Below, piece by piece: positions 39,146 to 49,701 of a stretch of DNA of 64,000 bases; position 1 is the stretch's first letter, and each line of letters starts with the position of its first letter. The translations under genes and the position numbers were made by a program. The notes under the pieces were generated by a model, which had not been told where the DNA came from, searched no databases, and was given only the letters and a program-made list of their open reading frames with translations. This stretch comes from Nitrospirota bacterium (GTDB lineage Bacteria; Nitrospirota; UBA9217). The stretch lies in NCBI GenBank assembly GCA_963840455.1, contig CAWIYV010000014.1, positions 512,001-576,000 of the forward strand, in the 5' to 3' direction.

Positions 39146-39886
39146 TTACATGTACATGCCGCCGTTCACATGGACCACCTGGCCGGTGATATAGGCGGCG
39201 GACGGTGATGCCAGGAACCGTACGGCGTTCGCCACGTCCTCGGACGAGCCGAGCCTTCCCAGGGGGATCTGTTTCGCCAGGTCCGCCCGCACCTGGTCGG
39301 TCAGGGCTTGGGTCATGGCGGTATCGATGAACCCGGGTGCCACGGCGTTCGCCGTGACGTTCCGGTTGGCGTATTCCCGGGCGATGGTCTTGGTGAGGCC
39401 GATGAGGCCGGCCTTGGATGCGACGTAGTTCGCCTGGCCGGCGTTGCCCATGGCGCCGACGATGGAGGCGATATTGATGATGGTGCCTGCCCGCTGCTTC
39501 GTCATGTGCTTCAGGGCAGCCTTGGTGCAGAGGAACGCGCCCTTGAGGTTGATTGACAGCACGAGGTCCCAATCCTCGTCCTTCATCCGGAGGATGAGCC
39601 CGTCGCGGGTGATGCCGGCGTTGTTCACGAGGATGTCGATCCTGCCGAACTTCTCCACGACCTGGTCGATCATGGCGGTCACGTCAGCGGATGCGGCCAC
39701 GTTGGCCTTCACGGCCAGGGACTTTCTGCCCTTCGCTTCGATGTCGGCGGCGGTCTTCTGGGCCGCTTCAAGGTTCACATCGCAGATGGCGACATCGGCG
39801 CCGTCCGCAGCGAGGCCCAGGGCGATGTCCCTGCCGATGCCCTGCGCGGCTCCCGTGACGAGCGCGATCTTTCCGTTCAAGCTCAT
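39146..39886 (-). CDS. fabG: 3-oxoacyl-ACP reductase
   Basis: TGAAQGIG, NNAGITRD and YVASK. Confidence 0.97.
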   Translation of the reverse strand: MSLNGKIALVTGAAQGIGRDIALGLAADGADVAICDVNLEAAQKTAADIEAKGRKSLAVKANVAASADVTAMIDQVVEKFGRIDILVNNAGITRDGLILRMKDEDWDLVLSINLKGAFLCTKAALKHMTKQRAGTIINIASIVGAMGNAGQANYVASKAGLIGLTKTIAREYANRNVTANAVAPGFIDTAMTQALTDQVRADLAKQIPLGRLGSSEDVANAVRFLASPSAAYITGQVVHVNGGMYM

Positions 39887-39897
39887 TCTATGGCTCC

Positions 39898-40830
39898 CTA
39901 CAATCCTAAGGCGCCGAGCGTTTCGCCCATGCTCTTCTGGTCTTCCACGTTCAGGACCTTCGCGCCCTTGGCGATCCGCTTCACGAGGCCCGAGAGGACC
40001 TTCCCGGGTCCGATCTCGACGAAGGTGTCGTAGCCTTCCGCCGTCATGCGGTTGATCGAGTCTTCCCAGTAGAGGGAGGAGCTGATCTGCCGGATAAGCG
40101 ACGGCCTCAGTTCTGCGGAGGTCCTGATGAACTTCGCATCGGCATTGTTCACGATGGGGATGCGAAGGTCTCTGATCGTTACCGTGTCGAGCTCCTTCGC
40201 CAGCCGGTCGCCTGCCTGCTTCATAAGGGAGCAGTGCGACGGCACGCTGACGGCGAGAGGGACCACTCTCTTCGCGCCCGCGGCCTTGGCCAGTTCCATG
40301 GCCTTTTCCACGGCATTTTTCTCGCCGGCGATGACGATCTGGCCCGGTGAGTTGTAATTTGCAGGGGCAACTATACCATTTTTGGACGCTTCAAGGCAAG
40401 TTTTTTCTACGGCGGCCCGGTCCATGCCGAGAATTGCCGCCATCAGGCCCACGCCCTCGGGCACGGCCTCCTGCATGTACTTGCCGCGCTTCTGCACGAG
40501 CGCAAGGGCGTCCTTCAGTTCGAAGCCGCCGGCGGCGGTGACGGCCGTGTACTCGCCGAGGCTGTGGCCAGCGGCAGTGCCTGCAGCCAGGCCGCGCCGC
40601 TCGAGGGGCCGCAGCATCGCGATGCTCGCGGCGAGGATGGCCGGCTGGGTGTTCTCCGTCATGTTCAGTTTCTCGGCCGGGCCGTGCATGCAGAGCTGGG
40701 CAAGGTCATAGCCGAGGAGGCCGCTTGCGAGATCGAAGACCTCCTTCGACTCCTTGAAATTCTCGATGAATTCCTTGGCCATGCCAACGTACTGCGAACC
40801 CTGGCCGGGAAAGATGAATGCGATCTTCAT
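39898..40830 (-). CDS. fabD: Malonyl-CoA:ACP transacylase
   Basis: FPGQGSQ and GHSLGE. Confidence 0.97.
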   Translation of the reverse strand: MKIAFIFPGQGSQYVGMAKEFIENFKESKEVFDLASGLLGYDLAQLCMHGPAEKLNMTENTQPAILAASIAMLRPLERRGLAAGTAAGHSLGEYTAVTAAGGFELKDALALVQKRGKYMQEAVPEGVGLMAAILGMDRAAVEKTCLEASKNGIVAPANYNSPGQIVIAGEKNAVEKAMELAKAAGAKRVVPLAVSVPSHCSLMKQAGDRLAKELDTVTIRDLRIPIVNNADAKFIRTSAELRPSLIRQISSSLYWEDSINRMTAEGYDTFVEIGPGKVLSGLVKRIAKGAKVLNVEDQKSMGETLGALGL

Positions 40831-40935
40831 GGTAACCTCTTGCGAGAACGTGTAGGGGGTCAAGGGCGAGGGGTGAGGCGCAAGGTGTCGTAACGATGCC
40901 CTGATCCCCTTACGCCTCACGCTTCACGGATTTTA

Positions 40936-42126
40936 CTATCCCCGTATTTCCTTGAACTTCTTGATCAGGACCGGAAGGACCTCGTTCGCGTCTCCGACGA
41001 TGCCATAGGTCGCGACATTGAAAATGGGCGCGTCAGGGTCCTTGTTGATGGCAACGATCGTTTCGGAGGACTGCATGCCTGCTACGTGCTGGATGGCGCC
41101 GGAGATGCCGACCGCGATGTAGAGCTTGGGGCAGACGGTCTTGCCGGTCTGGCCCACCTGGTGCGAGTACGCGATCCAGCCCTCATCCACGGCTCCCCGC
41201 GTTGCCGCGACGGCACCACCGAGAACCCTGGCAAGCTCTGCAAGCATGTGGAAGTTCTTCTGGCTGCCAAGGCCCCGGCCGCCGGCAACGATGATGTCGG
41301 CCTCGCAGATGTTCACGGTCTCGGTCAGTTCTTCGACGGTCTTGAGCACCTTCGTGCGGACGCTGTTAGCCTGGGTGAACTTCACGTCGACGATCTCGCC
41401 CTTCCGGCTGTCGTCACGCAGGGCCGGCCTCATCACCTTGTGCCGGACCGTGGCCATCTGGGGCCGGTGGTTCGGCGTCACGATGGTGGCCATGATGTTC
41501 CCGCCGAAGGCTGGCCGGGTCTGGTGCAGATGGCCGGTCGCGGCGTCGATGTCAAGCACCGTACAGTCCGCAGTGAGGCCGGCATAGAGCGTTGAGGCCA
41601 CCTTGGGGAAGAAAGAACGGCCGATGGCCGTTGCGCCGGCGAGGATGATCTCGGGCTTGTGCTCCCGTGCAAGCGCGGTCAGGATTGCCGCGTAGGAGTC
41701 GTCATTGAATTCCCTGAGCGCCGGGTCGTCGGCAACGTACACGGTGTCAGCGCCGTAGGCGATCAGGTCATTGGCCTTTGCCCTGATCCCCGAGCCCAGG
41801 AAGACGGCGGACAATTTCGCCTGCCTCTTGCCGGCAAGCTTCCTGCCCTCGCCGAGCAGTTCCAGCGAGACGCTGGCGATCTCGCCCTTGTGCTGCTCCG
41901 CGAAGACCCAGACGCCCTTGTACGACGAAAGGTCCTTCGCGGGCCCTATCTGTTCGATGTCCTTCTCGATGGCCTTGAACTCGCAGGCCTCGACGCAGGC
42001 GCCGCAGAGGGTGCAGGCATCGGTGATGAACGCCTTGCCCTCGCGCATCTCGATGGCGCCGAAGGGGCAGGCCGACACGCAGGTCTCGCAGCCTGTGCAG
42101 ATATCCGGTTTTACTTTAACGCTCAC
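40936..42126 (-). CDS. etfA: Electron transfer flavoprotein alpha subunit with N-terminal 2[4Fe-4S] ferredoxin domain
   Basis: [37 protein letters not shown] and GISGAIQH. Confidence 0.95.
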   Translation of the reverse strand: MSVKVKPDICTGCETCVSACPFGAIEMREGKAFITDACTLCGACVEACEFKAIEKDIEQIGPAKDLSSYKGVWVFAEQHKGEIASVSLELLGEGRKLAGKRQAKLSAVFLGSGIRAKANDLIAYGADTVYVADDPALREFNDDSYAAILTALAREHKPEIILAGATAIGRSFFPKVASTLYAGLTADCTVLDIDAATGHLHQTRPAFGGNIMATIVTPNHRPQMATVRHKVMRPALRDDSRKGEIVDVKFTQANSVRTKVLKTVEELTETVNICEADIIVAGGRGLGSQKNFHMLAELARVLGGAVAATRGAVDEGWIAYSHQVGQTGKTVCPKLYIAVGISGAIQHVAGMQSSETIVAINKDPDAPIFNVATYGIVGDANEVLPVLIKKFKEIRG

Positions 42127-42151
42127 GAAAGACTCCTTGAATATCGTGCAG

Positions 42152-42937
42152 TTAGATCAGCGATTGTTCCTTCAATTTTTTCGCCACCGTAGCGACCTGA
42201 TCCTCGATGCTGCCGGAGAGGATCTCCCGCTGGCCGCGCGGCGCGGGTGGGAAGATCCGGACTACCTGGGTGGGGGAGCCCTTCAGGCCGATCTTTTCCT
42301 CGTCGGCGCTGATGTCCTTGGCCGTCCAGGCGGTGACCTTCAGGTTCTTTGCCTTCATCTTGCCCTTGAGGGACGGGACACGGGGCTCGTTGATCTCCTT
42401 CACCACCGTGATGAGGGCCGGAAGGGATGTCTCAACGACATCGTAACCTTCGTCCATAAGCCGTTCAGCGATCATCTTCCGACCCTCGATCTGCTCGATC
42501 TTCCTTATATAAGCGACGAAAGGGATGCCGAGCATGTCGGCGGTCTCGGGCCCGACCTGCGCTGTGTCGCCGTCGATGGCCTGCTTGCCCGCGATCACGA
42601 GGTCATACTCCCCGACCTTCCTGATCCCCTGGGACAGGGCATACGAGGTCGCCCAGGTGTCGGCGCCGGCAAAGGCGCGGTCCGACAACAGCACCACATC
42701 ATCCACCCCAAGGGAGACAGTCTCCTTCAGCGCCTCGGCCGCCTGGGGCGGGCCCATGGTGACCGCGGTCACCTTGCCGCCGTGCTTCTCGCGAAGGCGG
42801 AGCGCCTCCTCGATGGCGTACCGGTCGTAGGGATTGATGATGCTGGGCACCCCGTCGCGGATGAGGGTGTTCGTCTCCCGGTTGATCTTCACTTCCGCGG
42901 TGTCCGGGACCTGTTTTACCAGAACGATGATGTTCAT
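42152..42937 (-). CDS. etfB: Electron transfer flavoprotein beta subunit
   Basis: KQVPD, RDGVPSIINPYD, GADTWATS and GKQAIDGDTAQVG. Confidence 0.95.
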   Translation of the reverse strand: MNIIVLVKQVPDTAEVKINRETNTLIRDGVPSIINPYDRYAIEEALRLREKHGGKVTAVTMGPPQAAEALKETVSLGVDDVVLLSDRAFAGADTWATSYALSQGIRKVGEYDLVIAGKQAIDGDTAQVGPETADMLGIPFVAYIRKIEQIEGRKMIAERLMDEGYDVVETSLPALITVVKEINEPRVPSLKGKMKAKNLKVTAWTAKDISADEEKIGLKGSPTQVVRIFPPAPRGQREILSGSIEDQVATVAKKLKEQSLI

Positions 42938-43030
42938 GAACAATGTTCTCCGAAGATTGGGTAGAGAAGCAGTCTAGTCGCAGTCGAGAAACGATCCCAT
43001 TGTCCCGACTGCATTATGACTGCTCTACGA

Positions 43031-44188
43031 TTATTTTGCCCTCGTTGCTTCGCGGATCATGTCCAGGGCGACGACGTTGCGCTGGACCTGGTTGGTGCCC
43101 TCATAGATCTGGAGGATTTTGGCGTCGCGCATCATCTTCTCGACGGGGTATTCCTTCATGTAGCCCGAGCCGCCCATGACCTGGACCGCGTCGGTGGTCA
43201 CCTTCATCGCGACGTCAGTGGCGAAGTACTTTGCCATGGCCGAGGCACGGGAGAAGTCCTTGGCGCCGCTGTCCATCATGCGTGCCACGGCGTACACGAG
43301 GGCGCGTGCGGCCTCGGTCTGGGTCTGCATGTCTGCCAGCATGTGCTGGACCGCCTGAAACGAGGTGACGGGCTGTCCGAACTGGACCCGGCCCTTGGCG
43401 AACTTGATGCACTCGTCGATTGCGCCCTGCGCCACGCCGACGCCCTGGGCCCCCACGCCGGCGCGAGAGCAATCGAGGGTCTTCATGGCAACGATGAAGC
43501 CCATGCCTTCTTTCGTGATGAGGTTCTCCTTGGGGATACGGCAGTTGTTGAAGATGAGCTCCGTGGTGGACGAGGCACGGATGCCCATCTTGTTCTCTTT
43601 CTTGCCGAACGTGAAGCCGGGCGTGCCTTTTTCCACGATGAATGCCGAAGCGCCGCGGGGGCCCTTGGACTTGTCGGTGATGGCGATGATGGTGTAGATC
43701 TCAGCCTCGCCGCCGTTCGTGATCCACTGCTTGGTGCCGTTCAGCACGTACTCGCTGCCTTCCAGCTTCGCCGTGGTCTGGATGCCGCTGGCGTCGCTGC
43801 CTGCATTGGCCTCGGTCAGGCCGAAGGCCACAAACTTCTTTCCCGCTGCAATATCAGGCAGGTATTTTTTCTTCTGCGCGTCCGAGCCGTGGAGCAGTAT
43901 CGGGTAGCTGCCGAGTGCGTTCGCCGCGTAGGTGGTGGACACGCCAAGGCAGGCCTTGGAGATCTCCTCGATGGCGATGTAGAAATCCAGGCTCTTCTTG
44001 CCGAGGCCGCCATACTCTTCGGGGATGTAGATGCCAAAGAGGTCTGCCTGGGCCATGGCCTTCATGATCTCCGTCGGGAACTTGTTCTGCTCGTCCAATT
44101 CGGCCCGCACCGGCACGATCTTCTCGACCGCGATCTGCCGTGCGAGATCGCGTATCATGATCTGCTCTTCCGTCAACAGGTAGTCCAT
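43031..44188 (-). CDS. Acyl-CoA dehydrogenase (butyryl-CoA dehydrogenase-like)
   Basis: FGLTEANAGSD, NGTKQWITN, RVQFG and QIYEGTNQVQR. Confidence 0.95.
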   Translation of the reverse strand: MDYLLTEEQIMIRDLARQIAVEKIVPVRAELDEQNKFPTEIMKAMAQADLFGIYIPEEYGGLGKKSLDFYIAIEEISKACLGVSTTYAANALGSYPILLHGSDAQKKKYLPDIAAGKKFVAFGLTEANAGSDASGIQTTAKLEGSEYVLNGTKQWITNGGEAEIYTIIAITDKSKGPRGASAFIVEKGTPGFTFGKKENKMGIRASSTTELIFNNCRIPKENLITKEGMGFIVAMKTLDCSRAGVGAQGVGVAQGAIDECIKFAKGRVQFGQPVTSFQAVQHMLADMQTQTEAARALVYAVARMMDSGAKDFSRASAMAKYFATDVAMKVTTDAVQVMGGSGYMKEYPVEKMMRDAKILQIYEGTNQVQRNVVALDMIREATRAK

Positions 44189-44265
44189 TACTTCCTCCGC
44201 AAGAACGAATTTTTATGATTAGAGATGAACCCGGATGAATTCAGAATGCACGATGCCGTCGATCA

Positions 44266-45246
44266 CTACCACCGGACCAGCGCCGACGCCCAGGTGAGCC
44301 CGCCGCCGAAGGCTTCGAACAAAAGGAGATGGTTTTCCTTGATCCTGCCATCACGGACAGCTTCATCGAGGGCCATGGGAATGGAGGCCGCCGAGGTATT
44401 GCCGTATTTCGGCAGCGTAAGCACTACTTTTTCCATGGGCATGTTGAGACGCTGCGCCATGGCCAAGATGATCCTCAGATTGGCCTGATGCGGCACAAGA
44501 TAGTCGATGTCCTCCGGTTTTACCTTGTTGTGCTCGAGCGTTTCCTGCACCACGGCCTCCAAGGCTCGAACCGCGGCCTTGAACGTTTCATTGCCCCTCA
44601 TTCTGATGAAGTGCATCCGTTTCCGGATGGTATCGTGGGAAGCCGGATGAGAAGCGCCTCCGGCGGGGACACGGATCAAGTCCCCGAAAGAACCATCCGA
44701 ATGCAGATGTGTCGAAAGTATCCCGCGTTTACCTGCATGGCGCTGGATTACCACCGCCCCCGCGCCGTCTCCGAAGAGGATGCAGGTCGTCCGGTCCTCC
44801 CAGTCCGTGTAGCGCGAGAGGATCTCGGCGCCGACCAGCAGGATGTTCTTGTACGTGCCGGACTGGATGAATGCGCTTGCGATGGACATCCCGTAAATGA
44901 AGCCCGAACAGGCGGCGGAGATATCGAACGCAGCCGCTTTTTTGGCGCCGAGCTTTTCCTGCAGTACGCATCCCATGCTGGGCAGGATGGTGTCCGGCGT
45001 CATGGTCGCGACAAGAATAAGATCCAGGTCACGCGCGCTGAGTCCCGCCGCTTTCAGCGCTTTTTGGCTTGCCTCATAGGCAAGATCGGATGTCGTCTGG
45101 TCCTTTTCCGCGATCCTTCGCTCTTTGATGCCGGTGCGGTCCATGATCCACTCGTCGCTGGTATCTACAAGCTTTTCCAGATCGTGGTTGGTGATGACCT
45201 TTTTCGGCGCATACGAGCCGGTCCCTGTTATGCGTGCGTGGATCAT
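44266..45246 (-). CDS. fabH: 3-oxoacyl-ACP synthase III
   Basis: AACSGF, PHQANLRI and YGNTSAAS. Confidence 0.97.
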   Translation of the reverse strand: MIHARITGTGSYAPKKVITNHDLEKLVDTSDEWIMDRTGIKERRIAEKDQTTSDLAYEASQKALKAAGLSARDLDLILVATMTPDTILPSMGCVLQEKLGAKKAAAFDISAACSGFIYGMSIASAFIQSGTYKNILLVGAEILSRYTDWEDRTTCILFGDGAGAVVIQRHAGKRGILSTHLHSDGSFGDLIRVPAGGASHPASHDTIRKRMHFIRMRGNETFKAAVRALEAVVQETLEHNKVKPEDIDYLVPHQANLRIILAMAQRLNMPMEKVVLTLPKYGNTSAASIPMALDEAVRDGRIKENHLLLFEAFGGGLTWASALVRW

Positions 45247-46256
45247 TTTGATTTTGCCAGCTCCATGTTCTTTTTAATGTCCTCGTGGATGTGCCTGTTG
45301 ACCTCGCTCCGCGCGAGCTCGGAGGCAACACGGATTGCGTTCTTGATGGCGCGGTCCGAGGACCGGCCGTGGCTGATGATGCTGATGCCATTGATGCCGA
45401 TGAGCGGCGCGCCGCCGTATTCGGCGTAATCGATGCGGCGCTTGAGGGCACGGAATGCGGGCCGCATCATGAAGTAGCCGAGCTTCCGGATAAGGTTGTC
45501 GCCGATGTTCTCCCGGATCATGTACCCGATGGTCTCGGCGACGGCCTCGGATAGCTTGAGCACCACGTTGCCGATGAATCCGTCGCAGACGACGACGTCG
45601 ACCTTGCCGCTCATCACATCGCGGCCCTCGACGTTCCCGATAAAGTTGAGCGACGTCTCGGTCAGGAGCTTGAACGCCTCCTTGGTGAGCTCGTTGCCCT
45701 TGGTCTCCTCTTCGCCGATGGACAGGAGCCCGACCTGGGGGTTCGGATTCTTCAGGAGGTATTTAGCGTACACCTCGCCCATGATGGCGAACTGGAGGAG
45801 GTGGGCCGGTTTGCAGTCCACGTTGGCGCCCACGTCGAGCACGATGCAGGTCCCTTTGACGGTCGGCATGAAGGTCGCGATGGCCGGGCGTTCGATCCCT
45901 TCGAGCTTGCCCAGGACGAAAAGGGACGTGGCCATGGCCGCGCCGGTGTGGCCGGCGCTGATGATGGCAATTGCTTCGCCGCTCTTCACCAGCTCGTTGG
46001 CAACACGGATCGAGGAGTCCTTCTTCCGCCGGAAGACCGTCGAGGGCGAGTCGAGCATGTCGACGACCTCGGTGGCGTTCCGGACTTCGATGGGCAGGGA
46101 TGCCGCGCCGTGATGCTTCCGGAGCTCGGCCTGGACCGACTGCTCGATCCCGACGAGGATGATGCCGACGCCGAACTCTTTCGCGGCGTGCACGGCCCCG
46201 GCCACAACGGCCTGGGGCGCATAATCCCCTCCCATGGCATCTACTGCGATCTTCAT
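45243..46256 (-). CDS. plsX: Phosphate acyltransferase
   Basis: IAVDAMGGD, LDVGAN and DGFIGNV. Confidence 0.97.
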   Translation of the reverse strand: MKIAVDAMGGDYAPQAVVAGAVHAAKEFGVGIILVGIEQSVQAELRKHHGAASLPIEVRNATEVVDMLDSPSTVFRRKKDSSIRVANELVKSGEAIAIISAGHTGAAMATSLFVLGKLEGIERPAIATFMPTVKGTCIVLDVGANVDCKPAHLLQFAIMGEVYAKYLLKNPNPQVGLLSIGEEETKGNELTKEAFKLLTETSLNFIGNVEGRDVMSGKVDVVVCDGFIGNVVLKLSEAVAETIGYMIRENIGDNLIRKLGYFMMRPAFRALKRRIDYAEYGGAPLIGINGISIISHGRSSDRAIKNAIRVASELARSEVNRHIHEDIKKNMELAKSK

Positions 46257-46340
46257 GTGCGCGATTGCTCCCGACAAGACAAAAGGCAAAGGGAAACCCG
46301 CACGGGGCGGGGTCTCCTTTGCCTTCCAGATTGTGCGCGG

Positions 46341-46523
46341 TTAGATCTGTTGGACGGTGACGACTTCCCGGTTGTTGTAGGTCCCGCAGGACATGCAGGC
46401 GTGATGAGGCTTCTTCACTTCCTGGCACTGCGGGCATACTGTGAGGTTGGGCGCCTTGAGATACTTGTGGGTGCGCCGCTTGTCCCTGCGGGACTTGGAA
46501 TGTCTGTGTTTTGGATTTGCCAT
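46341..46523 (-). CDS. rpmF: 50S ribosomal protein L32
   Basis: MANPKHRHSKSRRDKRR...CPQC...CMSCG. Confidence 0.95.
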   Translation of the reverse strand: MANPKHRHSKSRRDKRRTHKYLKAPNLTVCPQCQEVKKPHHACMSCGTYNNREVVTVQQI

Positions 46524-46530
46524 TTCTCCA

Positions 46531-47061
46531 CTACTCCTTTTCCGGTTTAATGATTGTCTTGAGCGCGGCGAAGGGGCTTGCTGCACCCTCCGGTAGTTCG
46601 GTCCGGCAATCGCATTCCCGTTCGTTCCGGTCTCCGCCGCAGACCGGGCAGAGGCCTTTGCAATCGGGGCTGTGGACCGGGACCATGGGGATGGCCAGGA
46701 GCAACTGCTCCCTGATGAACTCTTTGGGCTCGATCTCTTCGCCCCGGTAGAACTCCGTGTCAAGCTCTGACCTGCCGAGTTCATGCTCCGCGGACAGCTT
46801 CCGGGCTCCCTCAGGGATCAGGTCGAAGTCAATAGCCGCTTCTTTTATGGGGAAAGTAAAGCGCTTCAGGCACCGGCTGCATTCCAGCGAGGCGGTCGCT
46901 TCGACGGTCCCGTTCACATGGAATATCCCTGCGCCTTCTGCCTTGACCGTTACCTGTGCCATGAACGGCGTATCGGCGGTCCCTTCGTCGAACAGATCAA
47001 GCTTGTCGGCCAGTTTGACTGTCAACCCTTCAGGAGGTATATCATTGATCTTAATGGCCAT
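46531..47061 (-). CDS. yceD: YceD/DUF177 family protein
   Basis: CSRCL, CKGLCPVCG and position upstream of rpmF. Confidence 0.9.
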   Translation of the reverse strand: MAIKINDIPPEGLTVKLADKLDLFDEGTADTPFMAQVTVKAEGAGIFHVNGTVEATASLECSRCLKRFTFPIKEAAIDFDLIPEGARKLSAEHELGRSELDTEFYRGEEIEPKEFIREQLLLAIPMVPVHSPDCKGLCPVCGGDRNERECDCRTELPEGAASPFAALKTIIKPEKE

Positions 47062-47233
47062 TTGATCGCCTCCGGGGCCAAGAGTCTGGAATTATAAGGT
47101 GAAGCCCTCGATTTGTCAAGGGAAAAGACCGGTCAGGACAGGGTTTCGAAATCAGAAATCAGGAGCCACGGGTCAGGAGAGAGAAGGGATATTTCCAATC
47201 TCCCATTGTAGAGAAGAGCGGCCCGTGGATCAC

Positions 47234-48466
47234 TCATGCCACTTGCTCTCGAACAACATTTGGTCCACCGCCGTTCACCTGCCGGAGCAGAACGAGCCCG
47301 ATAATAAAGAAAGCGGCGATGGAAAGTATGGCGGGCCGCTGGCTACCGAAGGCCGCTGACACCTGGCCGAAGACGAGGGGACCGATGACCGCAGAGGACT
47401 TCCCGACGAGGGAATAGACGCCAAAGTATTCGGCCTCCTTACCCTCGGGGATGAACTGCGTGTAGAAGGCACGGGTGCCCGCCTGGACCGAGCCGAGACC
47501 GAGCCCCGCTATACAGGCGATGGCCCAGAAGTGGGCCTTGCTCTGGACGAAGAACGCTGATACGGCTACCAGCGACCAGAGCAGGAGCGAAAGGACAACG
47601 ACCCTCTTGGGCCCCCAGGTGTCGGTCGGCTTCGAGAGAAGGAAGGCGCCGATCAGCGCCGTGACCTGCACCACAAGGTACAGGCCGATAAGCTCGCCCT
47701 GTCCGAAAGCGAAGGTCGTCGCGGCCAGGCTGCTTGAGAATACGATGACCGTGTTCACGCCGTCTTCATAAATAAGGTAGGAAAGAAGGAACTTCCGGGG
47801 CTCTCTGCGGGACCATATCTCCCGCAGGGTCGCCATTGCCTTGCGGATGCCCATGACACCTGCTTGCGATGCCGTCACCCCGGTCCGGATGTCCCGCGGC
47901 AGGAACAGGAAGGCGGGGATGGAAAAGAGCGCGAAGAACGCCGCCACCATGAGCCAGACAAGCTCGAACATGCCGTCCTTTACCAGCGGGAGCGCGATCA
48001 GGAGCGACAGGATGGAACCCGCGTATCCCACGCTGAATCCCCAGCCCGAGACACGGCCTTGGTACTCGACGGGAGCGATCCGGGGAAGGAAGGAGTTGTA
48101 GAACACCAGCCCGCCTTCCATGCCGATGTTCGCGATGACCATGAGGAAGAAGCCGATGAAAGCCGCGCCGGGCGTCAGCAAAGAGAGCGCCGCAACAGCC
48201 GCGACGCAGGTATAGGTATAGAAGACGAGGAGCCGCTTGCGGAGACCTGCGTAGTCGGCAATGCCGCCCAGGAACGGCGAGGAAAGGGAGACGAACAGCA
48301 TGCTGGCCGAGATGGCCGCTCCCCACCAGAGGTCTCCGTTGCCTCTTTCGTTCCCCACGATTCGGTTGATATAATACACTTGGAATACGACGGCCGCGAT
48401 GACCGCCGAGTAGCTCGAGTTCGCGAAGTCGAAGAGGCACCAGGAGAGGATCTGCTTCCTGTTCAT
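47234..48466 (-). CDS. MFS transporter (UMF1/Atg22-like)
   Basis: WCLFDFANS, GRVSGWG and about 12 TM segments. Confidence 0.88.
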   Translation of the reverse strand: MNRKQILSWCLFDFANSSYSAVIAAVVFQVYYINRIVGNERGNGDLWWGAAISASMLFVSLSSPFLGGIADYAGLRKRLLVFYTYTCVAAVAALSLLTPGAAFIGFFLMVIANIGMEGGLVFYNSFLPRIAPVEYQGRVSGWGFSVGYAGSILSLLIALPLVKDGMFELVWLMVAAFFALFSIPAFLFLPRDIRTGVTASQAGVMGIRKAMATLREIWSRREPRKFLLSYLIYEDGVNTVIVFSSSLAATTFAFGQGELIGLYLVVQVTALIGAFLLSKPTDTWGPKRVVVLSLLLWSLVAVSAFFVQSKAHFWAIACIAGLGLGSVQAGTRAFYTQFIPEGKEAEYFGVYSLVGKSSAVIGPLVFGQVSAAFGSQRPAILSIAAFFIIGLVLLRQVNGGGPNVVREQVA

Positions 48467-48565
48467 GGACCACATTATGGGATAATTGAGGTATGATTGC
48501 AAGGGTGTTATCGGCCGCTTGTATTGTCCTGCCCCATGCAGTATCTTAGAAGTGAGGGGAACGCC

Positions 48566-49516
48566 ATGGAAAGACGAACATTAGGAACTTCAGACCTTGC
48601 CATCACGCGCATTGGTTATGGTGCCTGGGCCATCGGGGGCGCGGGATGGGAGTATGCCTGGGGCCCGCAGAAGGACGAGGACTCCATCGCCGCCATCCGG
48701 CGGTCGCTCGAACTGGGCGTGAACTGGATCGACACTGCGGCGGTCTACGGTCTCGGGCATTCCGAGGAGATCGTTGCACGGGCGCTCGACGACCGGACGG
48801 GTGATCGGCCCTACGTCTTTACGAAGTGCGGTTTGGTCTGGGGCGAACGGGGACGGCTTTCCCGGACGCTCACTGCCGCGTCGGTCAGGAAGGAATGCGA
48901 GAACAGCCTGCGCAGACTTCGGGTCGCGGCCATCGACCTGTACCAGGTCCATTGGCCGCCTGAGAACGATGCTGAGCTCGAGGAGGGTTGGGCGGAAATG
49001 GCAGCGCTCAAGCACGAGGGCAAGGTGCGGTGGATCGGTGTGTCGAACTTCAGCGTCGAGCAGATGAGGCGGGCACGGACCATCGCTCCGGTCACGTCGC
49101 TCCAGCCGCCTTACTCGCTGGTGCGGCGCGGCATTGAAATAGAAGTCCTAACCTTCTGCCGGAAAGGGGATATCGGCGTGATCGTGTATGCGCCCATGGC
49201 CTCGGGTCTTTTGACCGGCGCCATGACGCGCGAGCGGGCATTGGGTCTTCCTGCTGATGACTGGCGCCGCCGCAGCCCGGAGTTCAATGAACCGAACTTG
49301 ACAAGGAATCTCGCCCTGGTCGAGCGGCTTCGCGCTGTGGGAAAACGCCACGGCCGTTCACCGGGCGAGGCGGCGATCGCGTGGTCGCTCAGGAATGCTG
49401 CCGTGACCGGCGCCATTGTCGGCGCGCGGACCGCGGCCCAGGCGGAAGGCGTGATGCGCGCGGCAGAGCTCGTGCTCAGCGAGGAAGATATTGCGGATAT
49501 CGAGGGGGCACGGTAA
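48566..49516 (+). CDS. Aldo/keto reductase
   Basis: IDTAAVYG, IDLYQVHWP and IGVSNF. Confidence 0.92.
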   Translation: MERRTLGTSDLAITRIGYGAWAIGGAGWEYAWGPQKDEDSIAAIRRSLELGVNWIDTAAVYGLGHSEEIVARALDDRTGDRPYVFTKCGLVWGERGRLSRTLTAASVRKECENSLRRLRVAAIDLYQVHWPPENDAELEEGWAEMAALKHEGKVRWIGVSNFSVEQMRRARTIAPVTSLQPPYSLVRRGIEIEVLTFCRKGDIGVIVYAPMASGLLTGAMTRERALGLPADDWRRRSPEFNEPNLTRNLALVERLRAVGKRHGRSPGEAAIAWSLRNAAVTGAIVGARTAAQAEGVMRAAELVLSEEDIADIEGAR

Positions 49517-49701
49517 GACCGGCGGCCGTAACGTACGTTGTGCGCACGCTCCGGGACGCCGGTTTTGATCGCCTGCGGGATAATGCCCGCCAGGTCCGAT
49601 ACCCCGGAACATACCCTTCCCATCCACTTGGCTTCCCCCGCTGTTCTATGATAATAAGTGCCTCTGTACAACATCCGTTGGGTGTCGCGGGAGGGTCCGC
49701 A

